Shown here piece after piece: positions 38,166-52,334 of a stretch of 64,000 nt of DNA. How positions within the stretch are numbered: position 1 is the stretch's first letter; each line of letters opens with the position of its first letter. The notes beneath the pieces are model-generated. The model saw nothing but the letters and a program-made list of their open reading frames with translations. It was not told where the DNA came from and ran no database searches. A program made the translations under genes and the position numbers. Source of the stretch: Octopus vulgaris (Eukaryota); NCBI GenBank assembly GCA_951406725.2, contig OX597814.1, positions 68,572,001-68,636,000 on the forward strand, read 5' to 3'.

Positions 38166-40560
38166 TCATATGTTGTGGTGTGTGTTAGTGCTCCATTCTA
38201 GTTTTCTATTCAGGCTAGGTTTATTTTCTATTATGAGTGTAGCTTCTGTAATTTGTCTAATTGTTGCATCTGTTCTATGTGTGGACAATATTTTAATTTC
38301 TATGTTATTGATTGATCCCCCGTGTTCCTGTTCGGCGTGTTGGTACAGAATCGATGAGCTTTTACCTTCCTTGAGTTGTCTCCAATGCTCATTTACCCGC
38401 TCTCCTATGCTTCTTGTCGTTTCCCCTACGTATGTCGTCTTGTTACTGCATCGTCCCTCTATACATTTTATACTATAGACTACATTTCTGGCTTTACAGT
38501 TTGTTTGTGGGCTAAATCTACATACAGTACAGTACTTATCCGTACAGGGGGTTCTACTAAAAGGATAGGTTCTACCAATTATAGATTTGATAGGGTTGCC
38601 TGGCTTTTCAACAACCTTAATTCTTAGCTTAAGTTTGTCTAGGGTTCTTCTAAAGCGGTACGCCAGTTCACCTCCAGGGGTGGTGTCAACGAACATGACA
38701 CTCTGGTATTTATGGCTATCATACCAAGAGTTGGCCTTCCCTATTTTCTTTTTTGTCCTTTCTATAGTGTTCCATGACTTGTTCCGATAGAGTGGGCAAA
38801 TCCCATTCCTATCATTACATAATATATTATCAAATTTCTTCATGGCTCCTTTGTATACTCTGATCCTTTCTTTATGGCTGTAACCTGAGAACTGCATGCG
38901 GTGAATGAAATATTGTATGTGTCTCTTTAACTCTGTGGGCTCGCACATGCGTGACACATTTCTCATTATTCTGACGAGGTCTGCCATCAAAATATTGAAT
39001 TTGGCATTGTCCGCAATGGCTGAGTTCCGGTGGATCAAGTATTTTGAGGCCATAGGTTTGGCATAGTATGAATGAAGGATTTAGGTTTTATTATTTACAA
39101 TTTCTAGCCAGAGTTCAGTGTCTAGTACTGGTAGTCTATGGTTGGGGTGTTTAGTGGGGCAGTCTATTGTGACCTTAATACTATGGTGGATGGAGTTAGC
39201 TATTTGCTGGATGCTCTACATAGTATTAGTTTCTATTACTATATCAACATTACTCTCTTGTGGGGGTGCCTTTACCACTATGTTGATATCATCAACATAG
39301 CGAGAGTACATGTTTGCGAGTATGGAGTTCTGTGTTAGGCGTTCTTTAAGCCTTCTGTCCCACCATACCATGAAAAGGTTGGCCACATCACCAGCGATAC
39401 TAACGCCGATGTCTGCCCCCTCGTCCTGGGCATATATTTTATTATTAAACTTAAACGTGTGGCCTTTTAGGGTAACTCTTATACTAGCTCCTAGTGCATG
39501 TGCGATCATTTTCTTTATCTGATGGACATTTGCAGGGATGCGTATGGCTCTGGTCCATCCGCGCCATCTTTCTATATGTGTCTTCCTAGCCATAGAAGTA
39601 ATTGTGGGCGGTCTACCTCTTAAACACCTACTGGGGCATAAACTACTAAGATTATGTTTATCTAAGTATTCATTATTACATGTCAGTCTAAGTAGGAGGC
39701 CCAGTTCTTCTGTGTTGACATTACGGAACTCCACCTGGTTCTCATTGATCATCTCCACGCACTTCTCCACCGCAAAATCTACGTCGATCGATGGATATAG
39801 GGATACCACATCCATGCTACCCACCATACATCCTGTCAGGTCACAAGTGTTGTTACAGTCATCGATCCTTCTGAGGAGATTTTCTGTGCTGTCACAAACA
39901 TCAGGTGACATCCGGATTATAGGGTGTATGATCATTGAGAGGAAGTAGGAGATTCTGTAATTGCTAGCGATATTCGCTCCACAGACTGGTCTTGTTGGTG
40001 GTCCTGCTATAGGGTCAGTAATTACTTTATGGTCCTTGCGAAGTCCATACAGTGCCGGGATATCATTGTTCCAGGCTTGGAAATTATTTGCTGTACGTTT
40101 CTGGGGTCCCAGAACAATTGTCCACATCATCATGTGGGCATTGAGGACCTTTTCTCTCTCCTCATGCGCCTGTACAGTTGCTAATTTTGTATTGGCGATA
40201 TGAGGTTGCATTGCCTGGATGTAGTTCGGTAAGCTGTCTATTGACATCCTGCCGGACTTATCTGTGGGAAGGCATACCACCTCTCCGTTCCTCGTGCGCT
40301 GAATGAGCTTATGTAGGCCACATGCAGGTTTAATCCCGAGTTGTTGGGCCTCTGTCTTATACTGTCTCTGTCTCTTAGTGTATAATCCTAAAATCTGTCT
40401 AAGTTTGGTCCTAGCTATAGTGAACTGTGCTTCCATATGGTCATTAGTATGTCTTGGGATGTAGACTCTTTTGTTGAAGGGTAATGTTGTTGGATAAATC
40501 CGGCTCATGCAGTAAGTTTTGTCACATACGTTGAAGAATTGAGTGTCAAAGGTGTAGGTA
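38166..40560 (-). pseudogene. PLE polyprotein (RT plus GIY-YIG), single frame with two premature stops
   Basis: TDKSG, YGLRKDHK, RPV, SMDVVSLYPSI, QDEGADIG, RYVDD, LPVLD, YYAKP, VVYSIKC..YVGETTRS..ER.NEH. ORFs 39216-40853 and 38166-39053 are in the same frame, separated by a TAG and a TAA. Confidence 0.92.
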
Positions 40561-40783
40561 TACATGTCAATGGTCATTCTAGGGTTATCTTCATTATCGT
40601 TACTGTTTCCATCATCAGCCTCCCTATTATTATTACCACCATTACTACTACTACTATTATTACTATTACCACCACAACTACCATCATTACTACTTCTACT
40701 GTTACCACCACCACTACTACTACCACTATTATTGTTATTACCGTTATTCATACGAGGCCAAAACAGAAGTACCAAATCAGCAT

Positions 40784-40843
<60 letters not shown>

Positions 40844-40901
40844 AAAAAGACAAGGTAGAAAATGCTAAAATGATTTTATGGTGAAATACATTTTGTAATG
40901 G

Positions 40902-40939
40902 TTAGTAAGGGTTTCTGTCTTTTCGGCTTTTTCAACTAA
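40902..40939 (-). ncRNA. Decayed HHR-like motif, U3-A8 variant
   Basis: UUAG-UUGAAAA-A-GCC gaaaa GAC-A-GAAA-CCCU-UA-CUAA. Stem I is perfect; stems II and III are damaged. Confidence 0.4.
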
Positions 40940-41018
40940 GAGTGAAACAAACGTGTATATTAATTAGGAAAAATTTGAAATGAAATGATTTGTAAATATT
41001 TCCATAGACATTTTCCTT

Positions 41019-41070
<52 letters not shown>

Positions 41071-41399
41071 TTTCCTTATTGTAGGTCCGTTAGGTAGATA
41101 GTAGCAGATCTGAAAAATTGTATTTATGCGTGCAAAGATATATTTGGTTCTGAAGCTTGATGGTTAAAGCAGCAGCAACCGAAAAAGGAGAAGGCGAACA
41201 AGAGACTGGGGAAGAAGAGGAAGAAGAAGATGAAGAAGAAGAAGAAGAAGAAGAAGAAGAAGAAGAAGAAGAAGAAGAAGAAGAAAAAGAAGACAGGAGT
41301 GGTAACACCCAGTAGTAAAGGCTGTCCGTGAAATCTATTTTATTGGTCAAGTGGCCTCACAGTGACCTGTTGTGGTTTTAGTCCCAAACCAAAGAATGA

Positions 41400-42060
41400 A
41401 TTACAACTAAAAGCCCTACCCTACATATCCACACAGCCCCCTAAATAATGAAGCCTTCGACACCATCCTCCAGGATATCCCTTTAATAAAAGGGACCATA
41501 GACTGTATCAAATCCTTCAAACTCACACCATTATAAAGAGCAAAAGACAGCCCAAGTCGATGAAAAGTATTCTGTCACAAGCCCAAGTACACTCATCAAC
41601 AACATTGATACCGACAGTAAAAAAATGCGGAAGACCTAACTGTGGTATATGTATCAACCTAATTAAGGCACTGGAGTTCTCCTTCAAATAGAGTCAAAGT
41701 TTTACAGAGAAAAACAACTTCACATGTGCTTTGGAAAACCTTTACATGTGCTTCGGAAAATATGTGTTAACTTGCTCAATGTGTCGACAGCAAATACATT
41801 GGTCAAACAGTCTACGCCAGAGGATGAAGGTAATAGATCCCAGATTAAAATACAGGAATACGGAAAAGTAGCATTTGCGCCACTAATGAACAACCCAATT
41901 TCAGAATTTTTCCCCTCTATAAATTTAGGGACAATGCAACCGATTATAAAATGTAGAGGAAAGAATCATATTTTATCGCAAAATATAAACCTCTTTTGAA
42001 TGTTTCCACAACAGATGACGCTACTCCAGGGATCTTGGAATAATACCCACGGAAATATTA
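41400..42060 (+). mobile_element. Decayed PLE GIY-YIG remnant
   Basis: NFTCA...YVLTCSMCRQ/YIGQT/LRQRM across frameshifts. Confidence 0.6.
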
Positions 42061-42066
42061 AAAACG

Positions 42067-42077
42067 ATAGATATATT

Positions 42078-42163
<86 letters not shown>
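42067..42163 (+). repeat. (GATA)n microsatellite
   Basis: Direct reading. Confidence 0.95.
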
Positions 42164-42164
<1 letters not shown>

Positions 42165-42323
42165 GTGCAGGAGTGGGTGTGTGGGTAAATAGCTTGCTTA
42201 CCAACTACATGGTTTTTCCGGGTTCAGTCCCACTGCGTGACACTTTGGGGAGAGATTTTCTACTATAGCCTCGGGCCAATTTGTAAATGGATTTGGTAGA
42301 CGGAAACTGAAAGAAGCCGTCGT
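42164..42323 (+). mobile_element. SINE 5' half
   Basis: Matches the head of the major SINE family. Confidence 0.85.
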
Positions 42324-42487
42324 ATATATATATGTATATATATACAACAGGAAAAAATATAGGAAAATGTGTTGTTGAAAATGCACCCAAATTTCAAAAA
42401 CTCGTAAATGTTTAAAATACATACCAAACTAGTTTCAACAATATTTTTTGTTTATCAATGGAAAAAATTTATATTAGAAAAACATCT

Positions 42488-42572
42488 TTAAAGTTTCAAA
42501 GTTGACAAACTAAAACGTTTCAATGTTGACAAATTAAAATGTCTCAATGTTGATAAATTAAGATGTTCAAAA
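42488..42572 (+). repeat. Minisatellite, about 24-bp unit, about 3.5 copies
   Basis: gtttcaaagttgacaaactaaaac / gtttcaatgttgacaaattaaaat / gtctcaatgttgataaattaagat. Confidence 0.8.
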
Positions 42573-43299
42573 CAGAAGGTGTAAGTTTGAATGTTCATAG
42601 CAGTAATAAAATTAAAACTGTATATCAATTTGTTTGAATGTACAAAGTTCATTAGTTTTAGTGGTGGTCGACAAGTCATTCTGAAAAAGCAGGAGTGAAA
42701 TGAAAATAGTATCGTGAATTCCACTTTCTTTCACTCATATATCTTATAAACTACAGACATAAAAGAATTCCTGAAGTAAACCCAATGTTATATACCTCCA
42801 TACCGTTGATGATATCATACAGCCGAATACTGAGAACGGGCTTTCAACATACTACAATATAGAAATATTACACATTATATGAAGTTTACATTGTCATTAG
42901 GAGATCCCGTTGGAGACTCGATCAATAGTGTAAACTTCATAGATTCAAGGTATCCTTGGCCTGGGGAGTAGCTTGCGGTCTGCCCCTCGTTTGGATGATT
43001 TGCTACTTCCGAACTACCAGTGATATCATTTGATATCACTATAATGATTTATTAAGCATGCATCTCTTCCAGCATCTGATGATAATGGAGATTCTATCGA
43101 TGGAAGCACAATCAATGCGCTGAATAATTTCAATTAGTGTTCTGCGTCCGGTGGCACAGGGCAACCTTCCTTCGCCTCTAGGATTGAGTTCAATACCATA
43201 CTCAGATCAATGCTGACTGCCTAGTACTAGTATCACACTCTTGCAAGAAACCCTGTACGCCATCGTCTATGTATCTATTTTATAACTTGTGAAGTAGTG

Positions 43300-43990
43300 A
43301 GGCTAATAATCAACGTCCAGAAACCGAGGTCTTCTACCATTGGCAGTTTGGTATACTACATCAATACACCATCATTTATATTATAAGAGTAACAACTTAT
43401 CACCGGTTATCTTTAGATGTCAGGAAACATCATTTCTAAAGACTGCACTTAAAGTGTAGAAACTTAAAGCAATAGCAAAGAGGCCTACAAAGACTCTTGT
43501 ATACCCAATGGTCATATTCTTTACTCATGCAAATCAGTCACCACATACTGCAGACATATGAAAGACTTAGGCACCTTTAACAACCAGTATCTCTAAAAGA
43601 TCCCTTGTGTTAACTGGCAAGAAAAGATTATGCACAGACAAAAACAGCACTGGTCCTTACTACTCTGGCATTAACTCAGACGACTCGAACATGTAATACA
43701 CTTGTCTGTCTCACAATCATCTCTGCTTGAATCTACTTTGAATAGCAATATCAATCCTTCAAACGGCGAAGATTTTCCTGGTTGCAGTGTAACTGCCGAA
43801 GTTTGATAGACGATGTGGACAAACACTTTCAAAATATCTGCAGAAGCGAGAAACGAAATATGTATAATCCGTTACATCTGGCCCCTATAACCAAAACCTA
43901 ACATGTCACGTTTGCAGCCGAAGGTTGTTCGTATCAACACCGTAGACTGGGATGAACAGTTATCAAATGTTCCGCTTTTACGTGAAAAGA
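43300..43990 (+). mobile_element. Highly decayed RTE LINE 3' fragment
   Basis: ILYSCKSVTTYCRHMKDL..FNNQYL*KIPCVNWQEKI (compare LLYG.E.WT.YRRH...FH.RCLR.IL.I.W) and a remnant CHVCSR finger. Confidence 0.55.
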
Positions 43991-44967
43991 ACGGTATCAT
44001 ACAATTCGATGGACAGCACAAATCCAGTATGCAATATAGAAACATAGACAGACTATGAGAAATGGAGATTGTGTAAGTATAACACCCATATGTTATCATG
44101 ATCAGTCGATAATCAATACTTGTTCCTGTGACATTCACTTGGAATAATTATACATGGCAAAAGAATTGATTCTTTAACTGAAAAGATGTATGTAAATATA
44201 TGTAGTACTCAAAGTAATTACTAATGTAAAACGTGTTATATTTTCTATTGCTATTGGAGGTGAAATAACATCTAGAGCTAATATTGAAACTTAATAACAC
44301 TATCTTTGTAAAATCGTTGTACGTGTCTATGAACAACCAAACTGAGGAAAGTGCAAAATATATATTTTCTATAATGAAATCAATACTATACAAACTTGTG
44401 TCAATTTTTTACACTTCTCTCGTTGATTCTTGAATAAAGACTGGAACACTTTTGAACATAGATTTATTCAATTAAAGCATGAATATAAATATCAAGCACA
44501 ATCGATTAGAACACCTGTAAAGTTCAAATATTTGCTGTGAAGCATTTTTCTCTCTAGATTTTCAGTTATATGCCCAGGTAAACTATCTGGAAAATCATGT
44601 CATTATCTACAGTTTTCTACATTTGTGCACCTAATATATTCTAACACCTTCTAAATTATATTTTGCATTTGGTAGTGTGCTTTTGAAATTACTGATTGTG
44701 TCAATGGCGAATTAAATTATTTTTAAAACATACAAAAACCGAAACATGCATTTTAATTTGGGGAGTTTCCATAACAGAAAATTTAATTTAGAAAAATGGC
44801 CAAATAAATTGCATAAAACATTTGTTACTGAAGTAGTGCAATTTCAACATCAAACGGTTTATTTTAATATCGTAAACGAAAATTATTTCTTTTGTCAGAA
44901 GTGAATTATAAATTATCGTCATAGTCTCCTTTAATTTTGAATAGTTTCTAAAACTTTTAATGAACAT

Positions 44968-45033
<66 letters not shown>

Positions 45034-45122
45034 TGCACGCACTCACACATACATACACACATAAACACACACTAACACACACACATAAACACACACTAAC
45101 ACACACACATACATATATATAA

Positions 45123-45183
<61 letters not shown>

Positions 45184-45906
45184 AATTATTAGAGAGTTAT
45201 CCACTATGTGGATAACTCTAGTGCTAAAAATAGCTCCGAAGCAACCACAGAAGATCCGTTTCCAACTAGAATCAACACACATTTAACTGAAGGAAAGTGA
45301 AACACAACGAATAAAATAGATTGACTCTATACAATTGTTTCATTACTAATGCAATATGTAGTTTTACTTACACTTGCATCCATAAATCTTCGGTAGAGTT
45401 TGTCAGAAATGCAATTAATTAGATCGATTCGAGCGTCAAAAACACGAGCGGTCCAACCAATTACATTTTTAGTTATGTCTCAAATTCCGCGCCAAAAGCA
45501 TGCCTAGACTCCATTGGAAACGTATGCCGCATCAAATAAAATATTAACTGTTATTTATATATATATAAATAACTGTAATTTACCATAGAAATAAGAGAAT
45601 TCATGAACAAGATATAAAAAGTATTAGTATTTTGAATGATATCTTTCTAACTTTACAATTGCAATTCCTTGTTATACGAAGTAAAACAGATGACTTAAAA
45701 TCATTCTGGAGTTGAATATTTTACAATTCATCCATCAAAAGAAATTATTTCAAATAAACATGGAAATATCACCCAAAGAGTGTTGAGTATTCTTCCGGAA
45801 CAGGAATTTTCGCTACTGAAACTGAAGCTCCTTTATGTAGGATATGAAGGATGAAGATCTTTAAAAGCAGTTATCGTTGTTTCAGGTACACATTACAAAG
45901 CAATAC

Positions 45907-45959
<53 letters not shown>

Positions 45960-47161
45960 TACACTGCTTCAAACATGCACACTAATAACTACTAAGTCAA
46001 TGAGACATTTATTGAAATTCCTGAGAGGTAATATTGCTTAGGTTTTTAGTTGTAACAATCACCGCCGAACTCATACTGGAGTAGCGTCTTTGAAGTGCGA
46101 AACATATGTTAATATTATAAAACCATTGCAGCAACATAAGAGGATGCCCATATCAGGATTGGGTTGAAGAGAAGATGAACATACGTACGTTTACAACTAT
46201 TTGTATGGAGATATTAGATAGAATATGAATAGAATATTCCTTGTATCCTCTATGAGTGCTTTCAAATAAGATAATATTTGTCGTCCTAAAGTAATAAAAA
46301 AGATCGATTCTGAAAAGATGGCAACAAATATGGGGATACTCGTTAGCTGTAGATTGCATAATTTCCGTTTAACAAACAAAATTATAACGTTTAAAATCAT
46401 AAAGTATTTATTATTTTTGCTACGACACAATGTAAACCTCCCTGGCGCCTCAATGAAATGGAATTGGCTTGGAATGATAGTACAGCAAATTATATATTCA
46501 TGACGTATAGATTTATATAATTCACTGAAATTATCCATCAAATGAAGGCTTTCACATATCTACCAAAGTACAAACATAGTTTCTTTTCATGTGTGAAAAT
46601 ATATTTGAGAGGTGTGTATGACGACTGAGGTGAGTGATGTATATTACTGTCAAGTAAGAAGTAACAACAGGTTTCTACAACTACAAAGTGTCAAGTATTA
46701 AAGAGAGGAAGCACACTGAGCTAAGTAAAATACTATAATAGTTTAAATATAATAAAAGTATAAAATATATTATTCTGGATTAGAGCTAGAGTATTATGCA
46801 ATACTTTAATACATACATTCAGAAAGTATTAAAGTACTTTAACACACGCTCACACACACACACGCTCACACACAGTCACTCACTCACACGCACACACACA
46901 CACACACAGTATGCAGTGAGACAGGAAGATAGGCAGATAGGCAGAAAGACTGATAAATTGGCACACAGAGAGACAGTTTGACACATAAACAGGCAAACAT
47001 ACATATTCTTTTATATGCTAGTTTCAATTATTGAAGTTAGGTTATAATGCCCTCATCTGGGACACATTTCTCTCCAGTACATATTATATTGATTTCTGTC
47101 AGTTTGTCACTCAGTTTGCCCGATTGTCAGCTTGTTTGCCTACGTCTATATATTTGCATAT

Positions 47162-47196
<35 letters not shown>

Positions 47197-47456
47197 TGCA
47201 TACTCCAGTCATACTTTTTGCTACATTTATCATAATTTTATGGCTATTTTATTTCAGTCCTTAGTCGCCATGTTTTTACCTTTTGACCCTGAATGATGCA
47301 AACTAATGCACTGTTTGTACACTAACACAGATTCGCCACATATATGCAGATACATTTTGCCTACCAAACTGCACTGACGAAGTGCATTCAACTGTAATCT
47401 TATAACTTCAAAGGGAAATTCTAAATAACATGGCCATGCCTGCAACTCTCCCTCCA

Positions 47457-47494
<38 letters not shown>

Positions 47495-48876
47495 CTCTCT
47501 AAGCCTCAGAATTAGGAAGTTTTACTGTGTAAATCATGAGGGTAAAAAATTAGAATAATTTATTACCAGTAGTTTGCATGCGTAATAAAACTTATAAGAC
47601 AACATATTTTCATATATAAGAATGTATAAAGATATATACACAAAGAGAAGGCCGATAGCAGGACTTCTTACACGCTAAAAAGGGCATTCAAACCCTACCA
47701 CGAAAATATCATTCTAAAGGCACGCCGATAAAGCACTAGAATGAAAGAATTATTATTTTTAGTTACTTTTATACTCGAGTTTCCCTATTAATGAGCAAAT
47801 ATATATAACTTTAAGTCACTTTTGTTTTTGTGTGGCTATTTTATGTATGTGTGTGTACGTGTAAAAATGTTGGTGTTTGGATTTGAAATATATCTTATAG
47901 TTTGATATTTGTGCAAGTTTATCAATGGATCGTTTTAATCTATTTTATAACTAACACAGATACGCATTTAACACCCTAACTGGAAAAACTGAACAAAATT
48001 TGGAATCTAAAATTCGGATATCGAATGAGTTTGTAAGAGCCTACAACAATACATAATATTTACCACTTTTGCAAATATCAGAAAAAATATTGTAGTCCTC
48101 AATGGAAATATCCTCAATCGTTTATAAGTAACATTTTTTATGCCAGAAAAAATCACGCTTGATTTTGAATATTTAAACTAAATACACTGCATAGGCGTTC
48201 TCAAAGAAGAAAACAATTTATTGACGCTTGACACTGACAATACGAATATTTTTTTTAAATTTTAATATTTACAAGCAGAAATACCCGTCGTTGACTGGGT
48301 TCAGAAAGAGCCTTCAAAATTTGTACCCTGATTTATGAAAGTTACTACTTTGATATTATTGAATGTTTTGCAGCGGAATATCTGCAAGCTCTTATTGCCA
48401 GGCTTCGGCCCAAAATAGCTACGATATAGCCTAATATACTATTAAACTCAGTACTCGTTTATCCTAATAAAAATATTGTTCCCAATCATGTAGATGATAA
48501 ATCTCTATGCATTCTTATACCAGTTTTTTGTGTAAAAGAGGTTCTTCCAGATATAATCATGGTTGTATACAAACTTATTATTCTTTATCTCAATATTCCG
48601 ATTTATAAATTGAAGCAACCATTACATAGACATCAGTATTTGCATATATAATGCAAGTAAATAAAAGCTTGAGGAAAATTATAAAGACATACATATTGCA
48701 ATGTTTATTCAAACAAGGACGTGGCCGCATAAACATATAAATAGGGTTTTTTTAAATAAAAAAATGTAAAGCAATTAGAAATGAAAAATGAGAAATAATT
48801 AAAACTCTGAAACATGATGATATATGAAGAATTTCAAGAAAAAAAATTAGGAGAAAAAAAATTAGGAAAAAAAATT

Positions 48877-48994
48877 AGCGTAGGAGTGGCTGTGTGGTAA
48901 GAAGCTTGCTTACGAACAACACAGTTCCGGGTTCAATCTCAAAGCCTTGTGAGAGAATTTGGTAGACGGAAACTGAAAGAATCTCGTCGTATAA

Positions 48995-49041
<47 letters not shown>

Positions 49042-49262
49042 AGGGTGTGTGTGTATGTGTCTGTGTTTGTCCCCCAACATCGCTTGACAACCGATGCTGG
49101 TGTGTTTACGTCCTCGTAACTTAGGTTTTCGGCAAAAGAGACCGATAGAATAAGTACTAAGCTTACAAAGAATAAATCCTGGGGTCGATTTGTTCGACTA
49201 AAGGCGGTGCTCCAGCATGGCCATAGTCAAATGACTGAAATAAGTAAAAGGGTAAAAGAGTA
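48877..49262 (+). mobile_element. tRNA-derived SINE (major family)
   Basis: Head, internal microsatellite and tail as at 54161. Confidence 0.9.
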
Positions 49263-49440
49263 GGTTATAATAGATCTCCAATATGATAATGAAATGATTT
49301 TACTAATAGGTTATTAATAACCTTAAAGATTATACAAAAAATTCTATTACATGTAAAAAAAAGAACGTTGAGAATCTCATTATAAATATATTGAACAATG
49401 TACAATTACTAGTTTGTTAATTGCTCAGAAAAAAACTTCC

Positions 49441-52325
49441 TTATAGACAATATTTCGAGTATGCACCGATATGTAGCTGTCCATGTAAAAAACAATCCTC
49501 TTCTAAATGCAAACCAGTGACTTGTAGTGTCTGACCTTGTGACTTATTGATAGACGTTGCAAAATACAAATATATAGGAAACTGAAGTCGTTTGAACTCA
49601 AAGGACATGCTGGAAGGTATTAAAGAAATTCGAGGGATAAAAACATCGCCTTTTCCACAGACAGAAGTTATTGTAGTCTCTACAACATTGCTTATTAATT
49701 TCTTGACAACGAGTCTTGTGCCATTGCATAACTTTAGTTGTGAGATGTTGCGCCGAAGAATGACCGGAGCACCTACTTTCAATCGAAGACAATGAGGAGG
49801 AGCACTTCGGGGGAATTCTACTGAATAAATGACTAATTCTGTTTCATCTACGACAGAGTCTACGGATTTATAATTATGCTCAATTTCTGGCAACATTTTC
49901 ATAAGTCAGACTATTCACGGCAATATTTCTTGGTGCCATAATTGCTCTTTCACACAACCAAGCAGGATTTTTGAAATTTGAAATTAATCTGGGAAAAACC
50001 TTTTCAATTAGTTAACCAAGGTGGATATTTCTGATAAATTTAATTCACCTTTTTCATTCACATTCAATGCTCCTTCTCCAGGTGCAATAGCGTATTAGCA
50101 TATTGTCCAGACAGAAGATCCCCAAGTAAATGTGCCCTCATATTTGTAGAAAGTTTGAACGCTGGGCATGTTTCCAAAGTACAGAGGATTTCAAGCATGC
50201 TTTCAAATCATCTGCCTTAGTTCCCATGGGAATAACTGGCAAAGTTTGCCTAAAGTCACCTGAAAGCAATACAGTCACAGCTCCCATCAAACAGTTACGC
50301 AAATCCTGCAGTGTTTTGTTAACAGCTTCTAGAGCTTTTTATGAGACATTGTAACTTCGTCCCACACGATCAAAGAACATTTTTGTAGAATTTCAGCAAT
50401 ACCAGAATGCTTACTTATATTGCACACAGGTTTATCAGTTGTAGTCAGATTCAATGGAAGCTTGAATGATGCGTGTACTGTTCGGCCTCCAGGCAGTGAA
50501 TTTGCAACAATTCCAGAATTTGCCACTGCTAAGGCTATTTCCTTTCTCTGCCTAACGTTGGCCGGCAATACATTTGAGACAAAACTTTTCCCAGTTCCTC
50601 CTGATGCGTCTAAAAATACAATCCTCCTTTCTTTTTGGTCACCTATTCAGTGACTGTTGTCTATTTGTTGGTCTGGCAAAAGTTCTGGCCTGTTTTCTTC
50701 AATGAATCTGGTCAGCGAAACATCATATGAAGTTTCTCGCAAAACATCTGAGTTATTCACTTCAATTCGTTGAGTTTCAGGTAACACACATTTGCAGAGC
50801 TCCTCCCCTCCCATGGCGATTTCGTGGTCTTCAATAACAATCAATGCAGAGTTATATATTTCTTCGCTAAATGCCATTTCTCTCTCAGGAAATCTTAGTT
50901 GTTGCTGATATTTACAGTCCTCAGATAAATTATCCTTATATTTCTGCCACAATGCTAATGGATTACTTACTTCACAAGTTTTGAGAAGTATTGCCAAAAG
51001 GACTCTTAGAGAAACATGTGTGTGTGATAGTGAAGCCTCAGCCATAGTACTTTCCCAGTGATTGTCATCTATCAAATTTAAGGCCAAACAGGATTCCCTG
51101 TAAGTGTCAAAAGCTTGACCATCAATAGTTCTTAGAAAGGAAAATGAAGTCGGTCGTCTTATTTTACGAAGAAGGAGTTTCAAAAAGAGACATTCGCAGT
51201 GACCTGGATGAACAGAGTAAACTCTTCCTATTGTAAAGTCAAATTTTGCACCTGGGTGACCCTCAGCATCAGCTCCACGTCTTCTCCTTTTCTATGTGTT
51301 ATTACTCCATGTGTAATAAGATGGAACATGATTATAAATATTTTTGCAAAATTATCTCGTTCACACAATTTTAAAAATGCTGTAAGAGTTGTGTATTTTG
51401 AATTTAGAGCGACGTGGACCGCATTTTCATTTGTGAAATAAACCCTCTGATCATTTTCAAAATGAACTGCAAGCTGGTAGATTGCAGGATGCCTTTCATG
51501 AATAGGAAACCCCGAAATACACTAAAATGCTTCATTAATGCCGATATATATACCAAGTTCATATTGAGTAACTTCATCTCTAACATTTACTGTTTGAAAG
51601 GAAGACTGCATCACATCCTATATTTATGCATTTGCAAACATATTTAATAGGTTTTACAGAATTGAAAAATTCAACATTTATGTGAGCATTGCATTCTTTG
51701 AAAGCAAGGGAGAGTAAGGTACTATCCATCTATTGTCAACCTCATGTCTGCCCACCATAGTTTCAAAGCCACATCTCCAAGCGATCTTCTCCTATAAGAG
51801 GGATAACCAATTATCACTGAACTGAGTTTGAAATAGAAAATTTTTAAGGTATCTTTTTGTACATTGGCCATCAACCATGCAAGGTGATTTTCGATTGATA
51901 TTACCACACGGCCCATGCACCATGCGATTCTTTACTATTACAAATAAGGATTGATCAGTTTATATATAAGGTCACTCAGCTGATATAATAGAATCAATTT
52001 GAATGGAGTTGACTTTTCTGGTAAGCCATAATAATATATGCGCATGAGGCAAGCCTCTCTTTTTCCACTCAATTGTGTACATGTAGCACTGTAATGGGTC
52101 AAATATTTGTGCTTTTGTTTATCAAATTCATTAGTTTAGCGAAACACTCTTGTCGATTGATGTATGTTTGTGCACGGATAAGTGCATCTTCAATCTCCTT
52201 CCACTTTGGATTTGAAGTGAATGTGATAAAAAGGTCTGGTTTTCCATAATTTGAGCATAAGTCATTGCATCTTGGGTCCTTTTGTGCATATATCGTGGAT
52301 TACCTGTGAAAGTGGAAGGTAAATG
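49441..52325 (-). pseudogene. Helitron RepHel (HUH Rep plus PIF1-like helicase), decayed
   Basis: LPSTFTGNPRYMH, GKPDLFITFT, YTIEWKKRGLPHAHI (HUH motif), [51 protein letters not shown]. Confidence 0.92.
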
Positions 52326-52334
52326 ATCAATCGA

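Larger units (their letters stand above)
37551..40560 (-). mobile_element. Penelope-like retroelement, 5'-truncated, with RT, GIY-YIG and 3' terminal repeat
   Basis: See the pseudogene entry. 3' region 37551-38165 contains an HHR-like motif and ends at (TA)n. Confidence 0.93.

Noticed and set aside
38166-40560. Selenocysteine recoding as reported for some Naiad PLEs
   Set aside because: The internal stops are TAG and TAA, not TGA. The terminal TGA is followed two codons later by TAG, and I recognised no SECIS.
40560-40853. N/S/G-rich N-terminus of the 545-aa ORF
   Set aside because: Read-through of simple repeats upstream of the truncated PLE
42488-42572. CRISPR-like periodicity (also Helitron internal repeats at 55560-55860)
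   Set aside because: No unique spacers, eukaryotic context; ordinary minisatellites
43872-44138. 88-aa Cys-rich minus-strand ORF
   Set aside because: Overlaps the antisense of a decayed RTE tail; no recognisable domain
46072-46115. HHR-like relics here and near 42010-42060, 43076 and 58660-58700
   Set aside because: Multiple core changes or missing stem I or GAAA; not distinguishable from chance by eye
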